Shown here piece after piece: positions 1 to 8,270 of a stretch of DNA of 64,000 bases (its first letter is position 1; the number at the start of each line of letters is the position of its first letter). The position numbers and the translations under genes were made by a program. Source of the DNA: a virus. The notes beneath the pieces were generated by a model. It did no database searches. It was not told the origin of the DNA and was given only the letters and a program-made list of their open reading frames with translations. The stretch covers positions 1-64,000 of the IMG/VR virus record IMGVR_UViG_3300042544_000912; one strand, 5' to 3'.

Positions 1-138
1 GGACCCGGTGGTGGTGCCGCGACTTTAGACGAGGCTTGCTTTAAGGTCTTCTACCTGGCACCAAGGAAAAAGCTGATGGCCTCCATGGAAATTTTTCGCG
101 CCACCAAAAACCATTCTATAGAAGTGAGGAAGAGATAA
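1..138 (+). CDS. 3' end of a CDS truncated by the window edge (hypothetical)
   Basis: Frame 1 is open from base 1 to TAA at 136-138, which overlaps the next ATG (TAATG). Confidence 0.3.
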   Translation, partial: GPGGGAATLDEACFKVFYLAPRKKLMASMEIFRATKNHSIEVRKR

Positions 139-347
139 TGACAGACGAACAGATACTATTGACGCACCCTGTTGTGGCCTATTGGGGTCTTAACCCAGTG
201 AAGGCCGCTCTGGGGTACCAGGTTATGAAGCGGAGTCCCACCGTGGATACCGCTGAGGTGATTGAGAAAGAACTACTGAACATCGTTATAAATGACCATG
301 ATACATTCTTCCAATGGGTGGAAGACTTTATGGATGGTAAATTTTAG
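138..347 (+). CDS. hypothetical protein (69 aa)
   Basis: ORF with upstream GAGGAAG RBS; coupled to neighbours; no recognisable motif. Confidence 0.5.
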   Translation: MTDEQILLTHPVVAYWGLNPVKAALGYQVMKRSPTVDTAEVIEKELLNIVINDHDTFFQWVEDFMDGKF

Positions 348-855
348 ATTGTTTATACACGATAACGGTAAAGTGCATGTTATGTCTAACACTAGATGTG
401 GGCATACATCGATGAGTAAATACTTCGGCTTCGAAGAGAGGCTATACCATCACGATATCAATTGGAATAAATGGTTAAATTCTACTAGTAGAAGAGTTCT
501 TGTGCTGAGAAACCCAGTAGACAGATGGAAGTCTGCTGAGGTGTTTATGGATAAAGGATGGTTCAAACATATTGGACCCAAGAATGGTATGGATAAAGAT
601 ACTTTTCTGAGAGTCCATAGAGAGCCGTTTCTTATTAATATTCCACGTGATATTTCTTTTGAGATAATTCCTTTCGAGAACTTAGTGGCTTACTTGCCAT
701 GGGGCTATGGAACGATACCGACTTATAGTAGTGGTGTAGATATGTCTGAGGTTGAAATGACCGAGGAGTTGGAAGAAGAGTTGCTCCAGTATCGCTACTT
801 TAGAGAGAACCGTGAAGTTATTAGCTCCGAGGAATGGAAAAAGTTGACGCCTTGA
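334..855 (+). CDS. sulfotransferase family 2-like protein
   Basis: RCGHTSM resembles the 5'-PSB loop (K.G.TS) and LVLRNPVDRWKSA the 3'-PB motif (R.P..R..S); start moved to ATG 334. Confidence 0.5.
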   Translation: MVNFRLFIHDNGKVHVMSNTRCGHTSMSKYFGFEERLYHHDINWNKWLNSTSRRVLVLRNPVDRWKSAEVFMDKGWFKHIGPKNGMDKDTFLRVHREPFLINIPRDISFEIIPFENLVAYLPWGYGTIPTYSSGVDMSEVEMTEELEEELLQYRYFRENREVISSEEWKKLTP

Positions 856-863
856 AAAAACTC

Positions 864-892
864 TTGATTTTTCTACCTATATACTGTATAAC
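864..892 (+). promoter_or_regulatory. sigma70-type promoter
   Basis: TTGATT-N17-TATAAC upstream of the 912-3536 gene set. Confidence 0.55.
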
Positions 893-911
893 GTATATGT
901 GAGGTAATGTT

Positions 912-1520
912 ATGAATGATGTAAAAGAAAGTTCTGAATACGAAAACTATCTGGACCAAGATGCGCGGATGCAAGACGAGTATCGCATGTCCCTGGAGCA
1001 TCTGGTAGGGGTGATTGATACGCCGCTTGCTGATAATTCTGGTAAGAAGAAAGTAGACCCTGACTTGTGGAAGGCTATCTATGTCCACTTCCGTAACGTT
1101 GAGGATATCGTAGACTTCTCGAAACGTATCGGGTATATCGTAGCGAATAACCTGAAAGACTTTTGGTTCCCCTTGGCGGATCCCCGTGCCGCGTTGTTTG
1201 ACGATGGCCAAGTGCCTTTGGTGGATGTGGATATGCGCTTGTGCGCTCCGCGAAGGGATAAGAATCTAGCTTCGCTGGAGGTTGAAGTTAATGAAACGGA
1301 AGAGAGTGCTTGGAAAGAGCATTGGGTGGGGATGCCAGAGTTTGAGTATCTAGAAGATAACGGACCAATTCGTTCGGTGATTGTGAAGTTCCGTCGAATT
1401 GAAGACTATGAAGAGTTCTCGCGGCGTATTGACCAGGTGCTGACGGATAAGTCGAAAGCAATCTGGCACCCTAAGCTAGAACGAACACCCAACTACCTTC
1501 TGAGATGGGTGGAAGAATGA
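912..1520 (+). CDS. internally duplicated protein of the type found beside phage DNA glycosyltransferases
   Basis: Two similar halves (AIYVHFRNVEDIVDFSKRI..KDFWFP / SVIVKFRRIEDYEEFSRRI..KAIWHP); WVGMPEF motif. Confidence 0.55.
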   Translation: MNDVKESSEYENYLDQDARMQDEYRMSLEHLVGVIDTPLADNSGKKKVDPDLWKAIYVHFRNVEDIVDFSKRIGYIVANNLKDFWFPLADPRAALFDDGQVPLVDVDMRLCAPRRDKNLASLEVEVNETEESAWKEHWVGMPEFEYLEDNGPIRSVIVKFRRIEDYEEFSRRIDQVLTDKSKAIWHPKLERTPNYLLRWVEE

Positions 1521-2602
1521 AGATATTGATGCCCGTCATCCAGCATGAGGGTAAGAACTACAAGCTAGATGACCCAATCGTTCTAGGTGGCGTGGAAATG
1601 TTCCAACGTCTGGTGTATGAGAATATACCAGGCGTTATTCCCGTTTATATCTCCTACGAAGATAGAATGAACCGCAAGACGTTTGAGATTATGCAACTGG
1701 CGGTGAATACGCATAAGCCAGATTTGATTTTCACGAACCACTTTAACAGAACTTATACAGTTGGCTTCCAGCAGTTTGATATTCCAGTGGTGTGGCTCAA
1801 TCACTCACCTGGTATTCGCTCTATCTACAATGTAGAATCCGTCAAAGCGATGAAAGAGTTTCTGAATAATCAGGGTTCATTATATTTCGTGAGCCAAGAC
1901 CAACATAATAAGTTCAATCAAATCTCCACAAGAATTGTTGGCCATGATATCGATGCTAATGGCTACATCAACTCTTGCTATGCCAATGGTAATGAACCAG
2001 TTCAACCCAACGAGGTCAGAGGCTTCGATGCTATTACAGTTGGTAGAACAGACCCGACTAAGAATCCATTCTTTCTTCACAACAAACTTAAAGGTAGTTC
2101 TCTAAGGTCTTGTGTTGTAACAAGTTCCCCGTTGTTTGGTAGCGATGCGCAACAGAAATATGCCGATGACAATGCTCATTGGGATAAGCCTAGAGAAGTC
2201 TATCGAAATCTAGACCACTCTTCTAGTATGATTATGCTTTCACTTGGTAAAGTTTATGTATCTACATGTCCGGTGGAATCATGGGGTATCACCGCACTTG
2301 AAGCATTGACGCGAGGACTACCACTTATTCTTGTTACTGATAGCAGCGGTACTCATGGAAGTCAAGCGGTTGCTGATAGTGATAAAGATTATATTACAAT
2401 ACCTACTACCGCTGACCAAGTGTGGCTGGAAAAAGCTATTAATACATTCAAAGACTTGACTTTTGAACAAAGATGTGATATATCTAATAGAACTAAACAG
2501 AAGCACAGTAAAGAACGTTGGTGTGAATCCATAAATAATATGTTCGCTAACAGCGTTTCTCGATTTTCGTCCCATTCTCTAGGTGGTTTATTTAATGACT
2601 AA
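1517..2602 (+). CDS. GT-B (GT4-like) glycosyltransferase
   Basis: VGRTDPTKNP and the E-x7-E signature ESWGITALEALTRGLP; ATGA overlap with the upstream stop. Confidence 0.8.
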   Translation: MKILMPVIQHEGKNYKLDDPIVLGGVEMFQRLVYENIPGVIPVYISYEDRMNRKTFEIMQLAVNTHKPDLIFTNHFNRTYTVGFQQFDIPVVWLNHSPGIRSIYNVESVKAMKEFLNNQGSLYFVSQDQHNKFNQISTRIVGHDIDANGYINSCYANGNEPVQPNEVRGFDAITVGRTDPTKNPFFLHNKLKGSSLRSCVVTSSPLFGSDAQQKYADDNAHWDKPREVYRNLDHSSSMIMLSLGKVYVSTCPVESWGITALEALTRGLPLILVTDSSGTHGSQAVADSDKDYITIPTTADQVWLEKAINTFKDLTFEQRCDISNRTKQKHSKERWCESINNMFANSVSRFSSHSLGGLFND

Positions 2603-3536
2603 TCCAAAATATCCAGTTTACATTGTTTCTAAGGGTCGTGCCGATACGATGATTACATCGCGGTCGTTGACTCGCATGAAGGTTCCACATTATATCATCA
2701 TCGAACCACAAGATGAGAAAGATTATGAACAAGCCAAGGTCAATTTTGGCTTGACTGATTATGTTACCTTGCTGGTTGCGCCCTTCTCTAATCACGGTGA
2801 TGGTCCTGGTCGGGCAAGAAACTGGGCATGGGACCACTCTATCAGTCTTGGTGCAGAAGCACACTGGGTTCTAGACGATAACATTTCAGATTTCTATCGC
2901 CTCCATCGCAATGAACGTATTCGCGTGGAGTCTGGCGTGTTCTTCACAGTCATGGAAGACTTCTTTGACCGCTATGAGAACCTCTACATCGCTGGTCCGC
3001 AGTATCGTTTCTTCATTGCACCCAATCAGAAGTATCCTCCGTATGTCGCTAACACTCGTATCTACTCAACTTTGCTGATACGTAACGATTGTAAGCATCG
3101 CTGGCGTGGTCGTTACAATGAAGATACTGATATTTGCTTGCGTGTATTGAAGGATGGTGACTGCACCGTGCAATTCAATGCGTTCTTGCAGGGTAAAGTT
3201 GCTACACAGACCATCAAGGGTGGTAACACAGCCGAGTTCTATCACAAAGAATTCTTGGAAGAGGGTGAAGAAGTCGAAGGCAAGCGTTACCACGAGAAGG
3301 GTACCATCAATAAGTCACAGATGTTGGCTGATATGCACCCAGATGTTGCGCGAGTTGTCTGGCGTTATGGTCGTTGGCATCATTATGTTGACTACACACC
3401 GTTCAAGAAGAACAAATTGACGCTAAAAGATGGTGTTACGTTGCCAGAAGGTGTCAATAATTACGGCATGAAGCTGATTACACTGCCGCCGGATACAAAA
3501 TACGCTAAAGATATTGATATTGACGACTATGTTTAA
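2595..3536 (+). CDS. GT-A glycosyltransferase, TET-associated (TAGT)/GREB1-like family
   Basis: YPVYIVSKGRAD start, HWVLDDNI (DxD-like), WRGRYNEDTDICLR; typical of predicted phage DNA-base glycosyltransferases. Confidence 0.75.
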   Translation: MTNPKYPVYIVSKGRADTMITSRSLTRMKVPHYIIIEPQDEKDYEQAKVNFGLTDYVTLLVAPFSNHGDGPGRARNWAWDHSISLGAEAHWVLDDNISDFYRLHRNERIRVESGVFFTVMEDFFDRYENLYIAGPQYRFFIAPNQKYPPYVANTRIYSTLLIRNDCKHRWRGRYNEDTDICLRVLKDGDCTVQFNAFLQGKVATQTIKGGNTAEFYHKEFLEEGEEVEGKRYHEKGTINKSQMLADMHPDVARVVWRYGRWHHYVDYTPFKKNKLTLKDGVTLPEGVNNYGMKLITLPPDTKYAKDIDIDDYV

Positions 3537-4450
3537 GGCCAGGGGTCGCCAGATAGCTTCATAGACGAAGCAACCTTCTCAGATTCGTATTTAAAACGAA
3601 TTTTCATGATATGAGAACCGTTTACAGCAACGCCAATCGACTCATTTCCTTCTTTTGTGAGTGTGATTGTCGTTGCTTTAATCAATTTTGACAATTTTGT
3701 GTTGTTTAATGGGTCAGTAGTGTCTGCCGTGTAAGGTGGTTTGCTTCCTTTACCCGTTACTTTGATATACGGCGGGTAAAGTTCTTCTGCATCCATCCAA
3801 TCACTGATAATGTAGTCTCTTAGAGCCTTTGTTTGCATAGTTTTTAGCTTTGTAAGCAAAGTATCTCTTAGTTTTGACATAATTTCCGAACCTTTTTGCT
3901 CGGTTACCTTTTTAACTGCAGGTCTTTGTCTTATATAAGACTTTCTTACTGTTTTTTGCTCTGGGAGCTTGAGTTCTTTGACGACCTCATCTTCCAGTTT
4001 TTTATTAAGTTCTGCCAAGCCGAGTCCCAACGACTTATCTACTGTTCCGATGCCTGGATTTTTGAATCCAATGTCTCCGCTACCTTTTGTAGCCTTAGCA
4101 GATAGACCTAAAAAGCCATTTGCTGGTCCGAAAGTGAACTTCACTAGAATATCTGTTGGGTTTTTCTTCTGATCAACATCTACGCCTACTGCGGATGTCA
4201 TAGAACCCGGTCTAGCAGTCCAATATACACCTGTTACTGTGCCTGAATACTTCTTAGTCTTTGCCCACGCAATAAATTCTTTAGCCATTGCTTCTGCCTT
4301 ACCCTTGGCATCTTCAACTTCTTCTTTAGTGGCTTGTTTAATGCGCTGATTGAACTGGACTTGGGCGACGGCATCGAACCATTTGTTGCCGTTGATGACA
4401 TAACCTGTCCAGATTTCATTGATGTCAGATAAAATTGTGTTTGCAGTCAC
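3533..4450 (-). CDS. putative PD-(D/E)xK restriction-endonuclease-like protein
   Basis: NPTDILVKF...FLGLSAK fits a D...SxK active-site variant; N-terminal SDINE helix; GTG start. Confidence 0.45.
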   Translation of the reverse strand: MTANTILSDINEIWTGYVINGNKWFDAVAQVQFNQRIKQATKEEVEDAKGKAEAMAKEFIAWAKTKKYSGTVTGVYWTARPGSMTSAVGVDVDQKKNPTDILVKFTFGPANGFLGLSAKATKGSGDIGFKNPGIGTVDKSLGLGLAELNKKLEDEVVKELKLPEQKTVRKSYIRQRPAVKKVTEQKGSEIMSKLRDTLLTKLKTMQTKALRDYIISDWMDAEELYPPYIKVTGKGSKPPYTADTTDPLNNTKLSKLIKATTITLTKEGNESIGVAVNGSHIMKIRFKYESEKVASSMKLSGDPWP

Positions 4451-4473
4451 TTAATCTGTTCCTCTTTTGCTTT

Positions 4474-4485
4474 TATTTATAAATA
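4474..4485. promoter_or_regulatory. overlapping back-to-back T4-type late promoters
   Basis: TATTTATAAATA contains TATAAATA on + (4478-4485) and on - (4474-4481). Confidence 0.7.
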
Positions 4486-4490
4486 AGAGC

Positions 4491-4778
4491 ATGACATACG
4501 ATGTTATATTCAAATTAATCGGAGACGTTGGTTTTCCAATCGCGGGTGCATTACTCGCGGGCGTCTTCGTATACTTTGTTATCAACTACATTCTTGAGAG
4601 CGTTGTTAAAGCAATCAGGGGAATGCAGGGTATTATCATGGGGTTAGACAACCGAGTGAAAACCATGAACCATGATATTATTCGCGTTGATGCTGTTGTT
4701 AGTTCCGCTTTAGGTCTCAAACCAGACCTAGATAGAATCGCACGAGCCGACGGGAAGAATGACGCACGGAGGGATTAA
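4491..4778 (+). CDS. small membrane protein (single TM plus coiled coil), paralogue A
   Basis: VGFPIAGALLAGVFVYFVI hydrophobic segment, then LDNRVKTMNHDIIR. Confidence 0.65.
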   Translation: MTYDVIFKLIGDVGFPIAGALLAGVFVYFVINYILESVVKAIRGMQGIIMGLDNRVKTMNHDIIRVDAVVSSALGLKPDLDRIARADGKNDARRD

Positions 4779-5044
4779 TGGATCCTTCTGTAATTGCAGA
4801 ACTAGTAAAACAGTATGGGTTTCCTATTGTCGCCGCTGTGGGCATGGGATACTTTGTTTGGTTCATCTATAAATTTGTTACTGATAAATTGATGCCGCTA
4901 ATTGGTGAGACGAATGTAATTCTTATCGCGCTGATTGACCGCATTCGTATGCTTGATAACGATTTAATTAGATTAAACCAGAAGGTGAGTGTAGTATTAC
5001 AAATCAAAGAGGATCATAGCAATGACATTAAACCTAAAGATTGA
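4778..5044 (+). CDS. small membrane protein (single TM plus coiled coil), paralogue B
   Basis: YGFPIVAAVGMGYFVWFIY, then LIDRIRMLDNDLIR; clear similarity to the upstream gene; TAATG coupling. Confidence 0.65.
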   Translation: MDPSVIAELVKQYGFPIVAAVGMGYFVWFIYKFVTDKLMPLIGETNVILIALIDRIRMLDNDLIRLNQKVSVVLQIKEDHSNDIKPKD

Positions 5045-5112
5045 GATCCTCAAAGTATTTACATTTGACTTAAATTTTTCTTCTGACAACAAAAACAAAA
5101 AGGAAGAGAAAG

Positions 5113-5562
5113 ATGCTAAAACGAGCGACGATGCTCCTGGCGCTACTAAGTCTAAGTAGCCCTGCATTCGCAGACCCGATTGTTCAACAGTTTAAATCGC
5201 CTTCCTTTACTGGTTATGGGTGGTCTTCACATGTTCAATCAATTGATTCCCAAGAAAGATCAAGAGAACAAGCAATAAAAGATGCAGAAGCAGCGAAAGC
5301 CGCACTAGCAAGAGCCGAGGCATCAAATACTCCTCTTGCCAAATTCATGGCGTTGTTTACTTCTCAAGTTTATGCCCAGCTTGCTACACAACTTTCGAAC
5401 AATCTGTTTGCAGAAGGTGGAACAGCAACTAGTGGAACATTTAATCTTGATGGTAATTCCGTAAGTTACGTCAAGACTGGAACCGAAGTCACATTAACAG
5501 TAGTCGATAAGAATGGTAACACCACGGTTGTTGTCGTTCCTATTGCCACATTCGCATTCTAA
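5113..5562 (+). CDS. csgF: curli assembly CsgF-like protein
   Basis: Signal peptide (PAFA), then IVQQFKSPSFTG matching the CsgF N-terminal F.NP.FGG motif; directly upstream of csgG. Confidence 0.7.
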   Translation: MLKRATMLLALLSLSSPAFADPIVQQFKSPSFTGYGWSSHVQSIDSQERSREQAIKDAEAAKAALARAEASNTPLAKFMALFTSQVYAQLATQLSNNLFAEGGTATSGTFNLDGNSVSYVKTGTEVTLTVVDKNGNTTVVVVPIATFAF

Positions 5563-5571
5563 GGAGACGTT

Positions 5572-6396
5572 ATGAAAAAATTAATTCTCCTTCCGCTTTT
5601 ACTTGCAACTTCTGGTTGTGTTGGTGCGCTTCATCCTGCTACCAATCAATCTTATCTACTACGAGAAGATGCAGAAGTCAAGCGTTTTGCTAATCCAAAA
5701 CTATTCAAGAATCTTCCTGAGTTAGATGGCCAACCAATTCCTATCGCGCTGTATTCATTTACCGATAGAACTGGTCAACGTAAACCATCTTCAACTCTTG
5801 CAAGTTTCTCGACAGCGGTAACTCAGGGTGCAGATGCATATCTGATTAAGACTTTACAAGATACAGGCAATGGTAAGTGGTTCATTCCTGTTGAGCGCGT
5901 CGGTATCGATTCGCTGATTAAAGAACGTCAACTTGTTCGCCAGATGCGTGAACAGATTTCGGGAGAAGGTGCTGAACCTTTGCCACCACTCAAGGTTGCT
6001 GGTATCATCATAGAAGGTGGTATCATTGATTATAACTCTAACATTAAAACTGGTGGTACTGGTGCTAGATTCCTTGGCGTCGGTCCATATCAGCAATACA
6101 CACAAGACCAAGTTACAGTTAGTCTTCGCCTAGTTTCTGTCCAGACGGGCGAAGTTCTCAATTCGGTTACTGTAGAGAAAACTGTTCTCTCTACTTCCGA
6201 GGGGGTAACTGCTTTCACATTCTTCGATATGGCGACTAAAGCGTTTGAATTTGATGGACAACAAACAAGTAATGAAGCAGGTAGTTATGCGATCCGTTCT
6301 GCCATAGAAACGGCCGTTGTTGAGTTGATCAAGGATGGTGAAACCAAGAATCTATGGAGATTCAAACAAAAGGAAACGACCAATGAAACTAAGTAA
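5572..6396 (+). CDS. csgG: curli secretion channel CsgG-like lipoprotein
   Basis: Lipobox LATSGC; YSFTDRTGQRKP, FSTAVTQGA, WFIPVER, KERQLVR, IIEGGIIDY, VSLRLVSVQTGEVL. Confidence 0.9.
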   Translation: MKKLILLPLLLATSGCVGALHPATNQSYLLREDAEVKRFANPKLFKNLPELDGQPIPIALYSFTDRTGQRKPSSTLASFSTAVTQGADAYLIKTLQDTGNGKWFIPVERVGIDSLIKERQLVRQMREQISGEGAEPLPPLKVAGIIIEGGIIDYNSNIKTGGTGARFLGVGPYQQYTQDQVTVSLRLVSVQTGEVLNSVTVEKTVLSTSEGVTAFTFFDMATKAFEFDGQQTSNEAGSYAIRSAIETAVVELIKDGETKNLWRFKQKETTNETK

Positions 6397-7156
6397 GTTT
6401 TTACTAGTTGGTGCGGCTCTTTGTTATGGAACATCGGTGATTGCCCAAACTGTCTTACCAACAGCACCAACACCTCCAGCAATTGTAACAACTTCGCCAA
6501 ATGAGACAGAGGCGAATACTGTTGCAACTACAAATAAGGTATATATCGATCAGGAAGGCGGCAACGTAGATGTTAACATCGTTCAAACTGGTACTGCTAA
6601 CGTTATCGGTTCTTCTATTGATCCTATTTACCTACGTGGTGATAACCAAAGCGTTATCGCAATTCAAACAGGAAATGGAAACCAGCTTTACATGGGTGTC
6701 GTATCCGACACAGGAGCACAAGGAATCGCCGATGTAACAATTCGTCAAATTGGCGATTTGAACACCGCTACTATCCGTTGTGGAACTGAAGTAACTGACT
6801 CCTCATGTAATCAACTCGACATGAATGCCAAGTTCACTGGCAATAACAACTCGTTTGTTTTCCGTGGTTCGGGTGCTAATATCCGTAACTCGATGGAGTT
6901 TAACGGCAACAATAACACAGTAAATATGGATGCACTATCACCAAATGCGACACAAACTATTCTGGTGACAGGCAACTATAATGACTTTGATGTTACACAA
7001 ACCGATCTCGGTGGAACATTCGGTCACTCACTATATGTAAACCTGACAGGTTCGCTAAACACTGTAACAACACAACAGTATGGTGCATCTGAAACTGTTA
7101 TCAATATTAATAGTGTGGGATCAAATGGCACGTTTAATATCAAAACTGGCCACTAA
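6383..7156 (+). CDS. secreted curlin-like beta-solenoid protein
   Basis: Signal peptide; repeated x-I-x-Q-x-G-x-x-N units (IVQTGTAN, AIQTGNGN, IRQIGDLN, FTGNNN, VTGNYN). Confidence 0.7.
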   Translation: MKLSKFLLVGAALCYGTSVIAQTVLPTAPTPPAIVTTSPNETEANTVATTNKVYIDQEGGNVDVNIVQTGTANVIGSSIDPIYLRGDNQSVIAIQTGNGNQLYMGVVSDTGAQGIADVTIRQIGDLNTATIRCGTEVTDSSCNQLDMNAKFTGNNNSFVFRGSGANIRNSMEFNGNNNTVNMDALSPNATQTILVTGNYNDFDVTQTDLGGTFGHSLYVNLTGSLNTVTTQQYGASETVININSVGSNGTFNIKTGH

Positions 7157-8270
7157 TCTTCTACTGATTTTTCTGTTATCGACTCCTGCCTTTGCGGGTA
7201 TTGGGTCGATAACAGATTTCAGAGGCGGTGGTGCCATTAAGCGTGGCGCTAAGACTACAGTAGCATCTAAAGGTGCTGGTGTAGAAAAGATGGACACAAT
7301 TTCTACCAACAGTCAAGGTAGATTTAGGATTACATTCAATGACTCGACTACCGTTAATATTACAGAAAACTCTCGCCTTCTTGTGGATGACTTTGTGTAT
7401 GATGGGGGAGGGAAGACGAAGGGCAAACTTGGACTTCGAGTCGCGCTTGGCACCGTCAGATACGCATCAGGCAAAGTCGCAAAAACAAACCCACGAGGCG
7501 TAAACATTCGCACACCAACTGCTACTATCGCGGTTCGTGGCACAGACTTCGTTATGTCGGTTGATGAAGCAGGTCGTTCTACGGTCGTGCTGGTTCCCGA
7601 ATGTTATAACGAATTAGACATTACAAAGCAGACTGCGGAATGCCCTAATGGTATGATTGATGTTATTACAGCATCTGGCGTAGTTACACTAACACAACCA
7701 TTCCAGGCAACTGTTGTTGAAAATAACTTTGCTCCTCCTGCTCCACCAGTAATCATTAATCCTTTATTGAAGACACTAGATAACAACGTTCAAATTGTTC
7801 CTCTAGAAACAGATGATGGTCAGAGTTTGCTACAACTTGCTAGAGATAGTTTAAAGAAATTCACTAATCCTGCAAAAGCAGCATCGGATGACAATAAGGA
7901 TCCAGATGCAGGAACGAATGATAATACAGAACAAGTTACTGTTGCTATGCTTCGTCAAGCAACACCACAAGAACTTCTAGAAGTTTATGCTGAGTTTAAC
8001 GAAGGTAGTAAACCAGCGGAAACAGTTTATACTAATGTGTCACCGACATTCAAGAAGAACGTTCAGGTCGGTTGGGTATATACTCGACTGTCAGATGACA
8101 GACAACAGGCAGTTACTATCTGGTTGGAGAAATCCAATGAAGCACAAGTTGTATCTGTTCAAAATGGATTAGTTGATGTTTACAACTTTATGGACGATAA
8201 GTGGACAACATCGGGAACTGGTAGACCACAGGGTAATATAACTGTAATACAGGAAACGGGTGCAAGATGA
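7125..8270 (+). CDS. FecR-domain exported protein
   Basis: Signal peptide; ITFNDSTTVNITENSRL, LGTVRYASG, IRTPTATIAVRGTDF are FecR-domain motifs. Confidence 0.8.
   Translation: MARLISKLATNLLLIFLLSTPAFAGIGSITDFRGGGAIKRGAKTTVASKGAGVEKMDTISTNSQGRFRITFNDSTTVNITENSRLLVDDFVYDGGGKTKGKLGLRVALGTVRYASGKVAKTNPRGVNIRTPTATIAVRGTDFVMSVDEAGRSTVVLVPECYNELDITKQTAECPNGMIDVITASGVVTLTQPFQATVVENNFAPPAPPVIINPLLKTLDNNVQIVPLETDDGQSLLQLARDSLKKFTNPAKAASDDNKDPDAGTNDNTEQVTVAMLRQATPQELLEVYAEFNEGSKPAETVYTNVSPTFKKNVQVGWVYTRLSDDRQQAVTIWLEKSNEAQVVSVQNGLVDVYNFMDDKWTTSGTGRPQGNITVIQETGAR

Noticed and set aside
5022-5159. 45-aa ORF MTLNLKIEILKVFTFDLNFSSD... bridging the membrane pair and csgF
   Set aside because: Overlaps csgF out of frame and has no motif I can support; left unannotated, though Ribo-seq could rescue it
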